From assembly GCF_964355755.1 (NCBI RefSeq), contig NC_092678.1:14596371-14660370 (forward strand): 64,000 bases of DNA, read 5' to 3'. Of this stretch, positions 54,570 through 64,000 are shown one piece after another. Position numbers and translations under genes: made by a program. The notes under the pieces are model-generated. The model was not told the origin of the DNA. It worked only from the letters and a program-made list of their open reading frames with translations, and did no database searches. How positions within the stretch are numbered: position 1 is the stretch's first letter; every line of letters starts with the position of its first letter. Origin of the DNA: Antedon mediterranea. Taxonomy: Eukaryota; Animalia; Echinodermata.

Positions 54570-54873
54570 AGTAAAGTCGAAACCTAAGCTAATGCTAACG
54601 GCCTTGGTGCCCATCTCCATTTCCTTAGCGTTTGGGCCAGGCTCCACTAACTGTGTATATTTGCGGGGGTACGACACTCCTCCCGCACAAACGAGTCTGA
54701 TTTACCGTCCCAGTACTTTTAACATACCGGTACCCATTTCTATCACCTGTGTTGGGAGGAACAATGTGGATAGAGAATCTTGCTCAAGGACTCAACACCA
54801 CAGTGACCGGGCCGGTCTTGAACCGGCAACCTCTTGATTGCAAGTCCAGTGCTCTAACCTCTGCGCCACATTG
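54570..54873 (-). mobile_element. tRNA-derived SINE with V/Meta-like central domain
   Basis: Minus strand GTGGCGCAGAGGTTAGAGC..GGTTCAAGACC..CCTTGAGCAAG..CAGGTG..AAATGGGTACC; extreme 5' end displaced to ~58640-58650. Confidence 0.8.
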
Positions 54874-57800
54874 CACAGCTGTTTCAACTAGTGTTAAGAT
54901 ATCAGAAAAAGTCAAGCGCCCTCAGTGTTAGCAGACGAGGCTCCCCCGAGTCGCGCGGACATATAATTTTTGTTTACAAACCATTATTTCGCGAACGCCA
55001 AATTAAATTTCGCTACGGTGAGTTTTTATGTAGTAAAAACATTTTATACAAAACTAAACGATTAAAAAAAGTGTATGTTCAATTAAAAAATAAATATTTT
55101 ATTGTTTCTTTACTATAAATTAATAAATAAACGACGATATTGTCCATTTTACTGAAATAATCTCCCGCACATAAACCAGGAAGTTGAGATAAACTGTGTA
55201 ATGAAATAGTAAACAATCGTAAGTAGAAAATATCATTGTATTCTTTACTTTTTTTGTGGATATAATTCATTTTTTTAGAAAAAGAACGAACTAGAATATA
55301 GTCCATCATTATTATATAAACAAAATAATACTAGTTTTGTTAATATAGCCTGGTTCAGTTTTTAGTAAAACTCGCATATTTTGCAACCCTTTTATACATT
55401 GTTATTGTTATCGGCGAGAAAACGGTTTGGCGATAGGCTTAGAAAGTGCGTTGACGCCCGCGATGACCGTGACAGTAATGTGGGCCTAGAATGAAGCTAG
55501 GCCGAAAGATAGAAAATTCGTAATAGTTAAACCTTTAATTACCATAATCCTAAATGTAATCATTATAACTGTTACCAAATAATTAATGACATGTGTTTAT
55601 AATAATAATTATTGCTTTCCTGGTGCATTTTTAGGCTAGCTGGTGGGACTGAGTGACAGTCACAGCCTATCTAGGCTAGGCCTTAATATTAATACATTTT
55701 TACAGCATAATAATGGTTTAATATTTTGGCTATTAGCTCTCTTGTTTGGATTTGTTTGGACACAAAACTGAAGTACTGTAGATTTAAAAATTGATTTATT
55801 TTTAAAGGAAAGTACAGTTGCATCTATTGTTTTTGTAATCAAGATGACATCAGAACCAACAATGTTCCTCAAGCCTGTAGATATCTCAAGGCCTACAAGT
55901 CTTTTGTAGACCATGGCAGTGAACAAAAAGAAGCAAAACAATATCGCACAGCGTTGTTAGACCATACCTGGTAGACATTGAATTATACAGGGTAGGTAAA
56001 TAATCATAACCACCTCTTTAGAAAGTTTAATACACACTCCAAACAATGAAATGTGTGTTTGTACTTCATATTATTTATTAAAGAACAATGTTAGTATAAA
56101 ATAACTGTCGAAACAAACAATTGTTACAGTAATTTATAAATATACCTCTTTTCTTTATTAAATATTCCCTCAATCAACTATTTTTCCAGGTGTCAATATG
56201 TTATAATATTCAACATGCGACAGGATGCTGACATCTTGACTGGTAAATTCAAATGTTGTTTCAACTTTACATTGACATTACATAATAACTCAATTGGTCA
56301 AGTTGCTCTTTAAATATACATTGTCCCTTTGAGCATAGAATTTCAAAATTGTTTATCCTATTTTGATGCATAATAAAGCAAACCTTTGGCTGGAACTTAT
56401 TTTCCTATGAATTATCCATATATTATCATTATCTGCTACAAGAAATAGTTGTTAACATTTTTAAAATATAATAATTTTGATGCTCATTTTTTATGCAGAT
56501 TGACATTTATTTGGTTGACCAATATTGTTTAATCTCAGGTGATCATCTAGCAGAAAGAGAAAATCAGAAGCTGCAGCACATTGACATGCTACAAAGTACA
56601 ATGATTAAAATCCAGTCTTTAGAAGAGAATCTTGAGCATTTAAGAAATGAACTCTCAGTGTCACTTGTGACAAAACAGCATAGTAAGATTGCAGAGACTG
56701 GCCACAGAATAAATCTAAAAGAACAAGAGGTCAAAGACTTGGTCAGTCCTACATTATACACCTTTAAAATTATGTCTAAAACATGCAAATACTATAAAAA
56801 TTAATGCCATATTTCTTTTATATATTTTATATAGCGAACTACTATGAACCAAGAGATTTGAAACTGGACCTCTATGTACAAAAATGGACGAGGTATTTAG
56901 AAAAAATAAATTCCTCGACAGCAGTACCATGGAAACAGTTTTGTGGGAAATCATGAAGTCACATCTGACGTTTATTTCACCTGAGATCCAGCATGAAGTA
57001 ACTAGGCCGGTAACTAAGTGGAGAAAAGTTGAGGAATAGTTTGCTATTTCTCAGTTAATTGTTACAGTATTGCATATTATTATGTACAGTATACTGTATG
57101 AATGGTAGTATTTTTGTGTGTTATTGCTAGAACAATGATTTTGAAAATATTTAACAAATGGTATATGAATTGTAATTGAATTTAATTTTTGGGAAGCTAT
57201 TTAATTTTAATTTGGTTTATATATATTATTGATTGATAACGGAAATTGATGTTATTTAGTGATTTAGATTGTGATTGCATATATAATACAATACAAATAT
57301 GAAAGAAATATGCATTTATAATTAAATATCTAATGTCGCAGTACTCTATAGCTTCTTTCTATTAATATATTACAGATCTTTGACTAAGACATGCTAGGTA
57401 GGCTGCTAGTCTTTAACCTGCTGATGATGTAGCCTAGCCTATATAGTATAGGCCTAGCTAGGCCTGTAACCTGGCCTACTCTGTACTCCTCTCTCCCAAT
57501 ATGAATGATTATTAAAAAAGCTTAGGCCTAGGCTAGGCCTAATTTTTAATTAGGACCAGGAACAAGTAATTAATCAGCTTTATAACAGGTCAACTGTCAC
57601 TCAGGCCCCCGAATAGACATGTTTACGTGTTAAAATAAACAGTTATTTTATTTTAATTTGGTTTATATATTAATAATTATTTATTGATAACGGAAATTGA
57701 TGTTATTTACTGATTTAGATTGTGATTGCATATCAAAATAATAAATATACAATACAAATATGAAAGAAATATGCATTTATGATTAAATATCTAATGTCAC

Positions 57801-58639
57801 AGTACTCTATAGCTTCTTTCTATTAATATATTACAGATCTTTGACTACGACATGCTAGGTAGGCTGCTAGCCTTTAACCTGCTGATGATGTAGCCTAGCC
57901 TATTATATAATATAGGCCTAGCTAGTCCTGTAGCCTGGCCTACTCTGTACTCCTCTCCCAATATGAATGATTATTAAAAAAGCTTAGGCCTAGACTAGGC
58001 CTAATTTTTAATTAGGACCAGGAACAAGTAATTAATCAGCTTTATAACAGGTCAACTGTCACTCAGGCCCTCCGAATATACATGTTTACGTGTTAAAAAT
58101 AAACAGCCATTAGTCTTACACAGCTGGTTTTAACCACGCAAGGGAGCCTGGGCATAGCCTATTATAAGCTAGCATAGGAAAAAATCCAGCCAGGCAATAT
58201 GAATACGATCCTTGTTAAAACATTCAAGGATAACTAAAGTATCCAACTAAATCAAAGAATTCAACAGAAAAAATTATTTTTAAACTGATATGGAAAACAA
58301 CATTTATACCTACTTTTTTAAATGTATCGCTTGAGAAAAAAACTGGCGTTGGGTGTACAATTTTCAATTACATTACCTCTTAAAATCCACGTGATAAAAC
58401 GACGACAACATGTTTTTCACCTTCATCCAGGGTTGTTCTAATGAATATTCATTATTTTTCTGACTTTCGCGGTCTTTATTTGTTTTTATTGGCTATTAAA
58501 AAACAGTCGTTTTATGCTTGATTGCTTCCGGGTTTCCTCATGTGGTTTGTATACAATATGTTTTCGGAATCGCTACTCCATAAAACGCTATGAAACGTTG
58601 GGGGCGCTGCACTTAATTCATATTTCTGGAACAGCTGTG
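54874..58639. mobile_element. Non-autonomous CAC-ended DNA transposon (Chapaev/CMC-like) with exon-like cargo
   Basis: Termini CACAGCTGTT..AACAGCTGTG; 4-bp TSD ATTG at 54870-54873 and 58640-58643; inserted in the SINE head. Confidence 0.75.
57200..58106. repeat. Tandem duplication, ~450 bp x2
   Basis: TTTTAATTTGGTTTATATA at ~57205 and ~57651; both copies end in GTTAAAATAAACAG. Confidence 0.9.
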
Positions 58640-59043
58640 ATTGAACCACTAAGTGCTGCCTGACGTACCGTACGTCTTCATTATTATGTATTAATACATC
58701 TTCATATCACATAGCATAAGGTAATAGGGATAGAGATAATTTATTGAATGAATTATCAATTTAACTAAGTTTTATGTGGACATGTCATTATACAATGGTT
58801 GAATTTAGAATGATGACTGGAAGCAGTGTTCACATTAATCTGTATGTATAAACTATACGATTATGATTTCTTTTGACAGTAAAATTGCAAAATTAGGGAA
58901 TCCACAGACAATTGATATAATTCAGTCTACGTTCAGAGCATAAGCACCAGCAAAACCTTTTATTTTAACTTATTTGTGTATTATTTATCATTGCATAACT
59001 AAAATGATTTTCTGCAATAACCTGTATGCATAATTTTTTATAG

Positions 59044-59148
59044 GACGGAAACACCCCGCTGCATGAATACATGCGTTCAAATAAACCTACCTTAGAAGTA
59101 GTAAACTATCTCAGGAAACAAGGTGCTTCAATAACAGCACTAAATAAG
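59044..59148 (+). CDS. Ankyrin-repeat exon C1 (DGNTPLHEYMRSNKPTLEVVNYLRKQGASITALNK)
   Basis: TTTTTTATAG acceptor, 105 nt, AAG|GTAATA donor; canonical DGNTPLH...LEVVxYL..GA ankyrin motif. Confidence 0.9.
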
Positions 59149-60075
59149 GTAATATAGGGTTACAGATAAGTTATTATGATTAAACCTATAACGTACGAAT
59201 GATCTGCACCGCAACAATATCTTATCCACTTTTTTTTATATCATATTACAATTGACTGAGTTATTTAGAATTACTTGCTGCAATAATTATTTAGTAGTAA
59301 TTAAACAAGATCCTACTGTTATTGTTATTGGTATATTGACTATGTTTTATGTGGATGTCATTATAAAAGAACTGAATTTAGAATCATGACAGAAAGCAAT
59401 GTTCACGTTAACCTGTATATTTGTTTGACATAACCTTGAGTAATTATCTGGTGGCAATCAAACACACCTCAGATCACAAGTGTGGTGTTGTTCATAACTC
59501 TATACCTGCATCAGATGGGTAACAGCAATCAAATACAGTTGGACACCACTAACGTTCGTGGTACCGAGATTAAATCTCTAAATGAGAAATGAAAATATAT
59601 ATATTTTTTAATTATCAGCTTCGTTTTATTTTTATTGTATAACATAAATAAATAAATGATTTGTAACGAACTTGAGAGAAAAGTGGCTTACGTACGTATT
59701 CATTGTTATTTGATAATATACCTTCATAAAGGCGGTTTTTGACATAGGGCAAGAAATAATTTATGGAATGAAATATTAATTTAACAATGTCTTATGTGGA
59801 CATGTCATTATAAAGTGGTTGAATTTAGAATCATGACAGAAAGCAATGTTCACATTTACCTGTGTAATCTACACGACTATGATTTCTTTTACCATTAATA
59901 TTTCAAAATAAGGCAATGCACAGACAATTGATATGATTCGGTCTACGTTTACATCATATGCACCATCAAAACCTTTTATTTCAATTTCTTTATGTATTAT
60001 TTATCATTGCATAACTAAAATTATTTGCTGCAATAACGTGTATGTGTAAACTTCATGATTATAATTTATGTATAG

Positions 60076-60132
60076 AACGGAAACACCCCGCTGCATGAAT
60101 ACATGCCTTCATTATTATGCAATGATAAATAA
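60076..60132 (+). pseudogene. 3'-broken type-C ankyrin exon (NGNTPLHEYMPSLLCNDK*)
   Basis: AG acceptor kept; the first ~12 codons match C1/C2, then rearranged intron sequence and an in-frame TAA. Confidence 0.7.
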
Positions 60133-60453
60133 ACATAAATACATTTCTTCGTGAAATTGGTATATTAAGAAATGAATATAGTAATTTAACTATGTTTTAT
60201 GTATAGGCATGCCTTTATAAAAGGGTTGAATTTAGAATCATGACCAAAAGCAATGTTCATGCTAACATGTATGCATAATTACATGATTATGATTTCTTTC
60301 ATCAGTAAAATTACAAAATAAAAGACAATTGATATAATTCGTTCTACGTTCACAACAGCAAAGCCTTTAATTTCAATTTCTTTGTGTATTAACTATAATT
60401 ATGTTCTGCAATAACCTGTTTGTATAAACTTCATTATTATAATTTCTTTTTAG

Positions 60454-60558
60454 GGTGGAAACACCCCGCTGCATGAATACATGCGTTCAAATGAACCTAC
60501 ATTAGAAGTAGTGAAATATCTCACGGAACAAGGTGCATCAGTAGCATCACTTAATAAG
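60454..60558 (+). CDS. Ankyrin-repeat exon C2 (GGNTPLHEYMRSNEPTLEVVKYLTEQGASVASLNK)
   Basis: TTTCTTTTTAG acceptor, 105 nt, AAG|GTAATA donor; GNTPLH motif. Confidence 0.9.
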
Positions 60559-60592
60559 GTAATATACTGTAGGTCTAAAGATAATTTGTATG

Positions 60593-63140
60593 ACTAGATG
60601 GCACGCTCGCTTCGCTCGCGTACCATCTAGGGGTGCTCACAGATGGTTCTCGAATACAGTAGAATCCACGGACGGGGACTTTTTTGGGACACTAAACAAA
60701 AACGGAAGTGTCCCCCTAATTGGGGTATTCAGAAATAGAGACAACAAAACCAATACTGGATTCCATAAAGGACAATTAATTTATGTGGATTAAAGAAATT
60801 AGGGAGAAATGGAAATGTATGTACGGGAATTGGGCGGCGGCACGTGGTGGTGGTGATGGAACCGCAGTAATAAAGTTGATTGTATTTATATATTATAAGA
60901 ACCAAACTAAATAAATAGACCTAGACATTCTGCGAAATGGAAATCGGAAATTCAAGCTCCTATTCAGTGAAAAATTAAACTGTAGTCTACCTAAATATTT
61001 AGGGCAAATCATCGGTTGTGGTGTTGAACTTCCTGTAAACATTTGTGTGAACCAAACTGGGTCGAATTTCTGTCATGAGTACTGATTTGTTGGCCTGTGA
61101 TTTATGACGCCTAAGGGATCTATAGACTTATTTTTTAGAATAATGTACGTACCTGTCAGATACAATTGTCTTGTGTCGTATAATAAATAAGTACTGTAAT
61201 AGTTACTGAAGTTACTATTACAATCTCGTCAATGAAAACACGAAAATGTATATGCACTTACTTATGAAAACGTATACAGTATTATACTCAGTTATTGAAA
61301 CAGTAGGTTTAAAAAAGTTTCGTTTGTCTGTAAAATGATGTAATCAAGCTGTTTACATGAGTCTTAATTTATAAGCACATCAATAATAAAATAGTTTATC
61401 TATCCTGTAATTGGCGAGATTATGGTCGCTGTTGAATGAAATAAAGCCAATCGGTATCATATTTGTACAGAAACGTTTTCGCGGCCGAAGGGTGTAACCT
61501 AAATTCGTTGTATTATCGTCAAAAACTAACTGTAACTAAACTTACATAGAAAGTAGGGTATCATAAATTTGGCCTTAGCACTCGGGGGAGTGGCTAAGAT
61601 GAAGTCCGTGGGACTACTAAATATAAATTGTAATGAACATCGAGGGACATAAATAGGAATATTTCATGTTTCATTATCAATGTATAATAAATGAAAACTG
61701 TTTACCGATTCAAATAATAGAAATTGGTTTTTAACATTTTCCGAACCTATTGCAAGTTTATTCTCAAAGGGCCCATATATTTACCTACCGTATGTGTTAA
61801 ACCAAGGGCTCATAAATTTACCTACAGTACTTGTGTTAAACCAAACTGGATGTTCCATTCATCGCAAATCAATACATTTGTATAATCGTATATTAAATCT
61901 ATCAAAATAGTATTTTTTAAAGAAAATCGGCCTGTCTTCAACATTATGATGGTGTACTCTAGCAATCTATCAAAATAGTATTTTTAAAAAAAAATCGGCC
62001 TGTCTTCAACATTATGATGGTGTACTCTAGCTGTTCAACCGGTTTTCAGCTATTAAAAACAATTATCGTAGGAGGAGATAGGAAAATGCGAAGCCTCCTC
62101 GCTATGTAACATTAGGGTTGAGGGATGGGAAAGCGGATAGGTACAAAGAGGAACAATTTTTAAATATATTCTTTATCCACTGAGTAACGAAATATTTTGT
62201 TCATGTTTTATAGGCCTATAAATAATATACCTCTAAATACAATAGGCCTAAAACATTTGCGATTTAATACTTTGTTAAAACTGTCACTGTCATAATCGAT
62301 TGAAATATTAAAGTACATGTCACGATACACCACTACGACGTTTATATTTTTGGTAATTATTAATTAATACAAACGTTGAGAAGGAACTGTCAGTATAAAG
62401 TTTATTTGTATATCTAACAGTAGAGCCTATCCACAGTCTCAGTAATAAAGTTTATTTGTATATATTTTTATATTACATCTAACAGTACGAACATTCACAG
62501 TAAGAAATGTTCGATTCAAATAAAAAATAGTTAATAGGTATTTACAGTATTGTCAAAGTATTGCAAGTTTATTCTCAAAGGGCCCATATATTTACCTACC
62601 GTATGTGTTAAACCAAGGGCTCATAAATTTACCTACAGTACTTGTGTTAAACCAAATTCTGGCAGACTGAGAGATTGGGATGTTCCATTCATCGCAAATC
62701 AATACATTTGTATAATCGTATATTAAATCTATCAAAATAGTATTTTTTAAAGAAAATCGGCCTGTCTTCAACATTATGATGGTGTACTCTAGCTGTTCAA
62801 CCGGTTTTCAGCTATTAAAAACAATTATCGTAGGAGGAGATAGAAAAATGCGAAGCCTCCTCGCATTTTTTTGGCGGGTATTTTTCAAGATGGACATCCA
62901 TTAGACAGTGTATACCACGATCGGAAAACACCCCTATTTGGGGCAAATCTTTGAACCTAAATTCGTTTTAATCGTCAATAACTAATTATCTAACTCAATT
63001 TAATTAGTAAACAGGGTTACATCAGGCGGTTAAAATCAGTACCGAAAGTACGAACCAACTTTACATACCATCGAGTGAAAATTCTAGAAGTAAGGCGCGA
63101 TTTACCGAATTTTGCCCTTACGTAAATTTATATATAGATT
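60593..63140 (-). mobile_element. Non-autonomous Helitron-like element with an internal ~320-bp duplication (61746-62100 / 62558-62865)
   Basis: Minus-strand end CTAGATGGTACGCGAGCGAAGCGAGCGTGCCATCTAGT (hairpin+CTAG); C-type host intron resumes ~63145; far boundary approximate. Confidence 0.55.
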
Positions 63141-63591
63141 ACACCTTTAACGTACGTGTGATCTGCGCCGCAAACATATCTTATCCTCCTTATTTTATAT
63201 CATATTACAATAATTGATTGAGTTATTTATAATTACTTGCTGAAATAAATATTTAGTAGTAATTAAACAAGATCCTACACAGTTATTGTGAGATTGGTAT
63301 ATTGTGCAATGAAATTGTTAATTTAACTATGTTTTATGTGGATAAATTGGTTGAATTTAGAATGATGACAGAAAGCAATGTTTTTATTAACCTGTATGTA
63401 TAAACTACATTTAATATTATGATTTATGTTATCGGTAAAATTTTAAAATAAGGAAATGCACAGACAACTGATATAATTCGGTCTACGTTCACAACAGCAT
63501 AGCCTTTAATTTCAATCATTTGTGTATTAACTATAATTATTTTCTGCAATAACCTGTATGTATAAACTCCATGATTATAATTTCTTTATAG

Positions 63592-63618
63592 GACGGAAAT
63601 ACCCCACTGCATGAATAA
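63592..63618 (+). pseudogene. Interrupted type-C ankyrin exon (DGNTPLHE*)
   Basis: TTTCTTTATAG acceptor, 8 codons matching C1, then TAA and unrelated sequence to the window end (probable insertion). Confidence 0.7.
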
Positions 63619-64000
63619 TTAGTCATTTGAATGATAGTGTTTAGCGATTTGTTTCCTCAAAAATTTAAAATTAAAATTCTAGCAAATTGACTACGTCGCC
63701 CATGCACCATGTAAAACTGCACCGTACAAGTTTCTTGCAAATGCGGAATTTAATTGTTCTCCGACTTGATCCGATTTACTATAACAAATAAATAATGATT
63801 ACAAAATAATATATACGGTATCTATCATACAGTACAACATAAATAATTCTATACAATAATAATATACCTTACATAAGTATCTAAATAAGTCATAGATAAA
63901 AAAATACAATATAAATAATTCTTGGTTTAAAATAATTACAACTATAATAATAATAAGATAAGTCTCAATTGCTTACCAAAGATATGCCTGGATAACATGT

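Noticed and set aside
54790-54873. tRNA genes here and at 19380, 21460, 29360 and 2640
   Set aside because: A/B boxes are present but there are no complete cloverleaves; they continue into SINE bodies
54874-58639. RAG/Transib transposon suggested by CACAG ends resembling the RSS heptamer
   Set aside because: TSD is 4 bp rather than 5, and no nonamer-like element or RAG1/RAG2-like coding sequence is visible

Overview
AT-rich eukaryotic (invertebrate animal) genomic DNA with no bacterial-type genes. A Deu/Nin-domain SINE is compatible with, but does not prove, a deuterostome. Most of the window is transposon debris: CR1/L2, Rex-Babar, RTE and Tx1 LINEs, DIRS, Penelope, PIF/Harbinger, Sola1, pogo, Helitron-like elements, a long-TIR foldback element, tRNA SINEs and a 113-bp satellite. 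Between these, and almost invisible in the ORF track, lies the middle of one large + strand gene built as an exon array. It has 14 intact AG/GT-bounded, phase-0 exons, each encoding exactly one ankyrin repeat (types A 37 aa, B 35 aa, C 35 aa), plus three broken copies. The order is A-B-A-B-A-B-A-A-(c)-B-A-B-A-C-(c)-C-(c), giving 504 aa in frame with no start codon or clear terminal exon in the window. The array grew by tandem duplication of exon+intron blocks, so paralogous introns show empty versus TE-filled sites. B-exon variation falls largely on the positions randomised in DARPins. Three intact and one degenerate minimal hammerhead ribozymes sit in Penelope-related inserts beside (TA)n tracts. 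All family assignments are by motif recognition, not database search.
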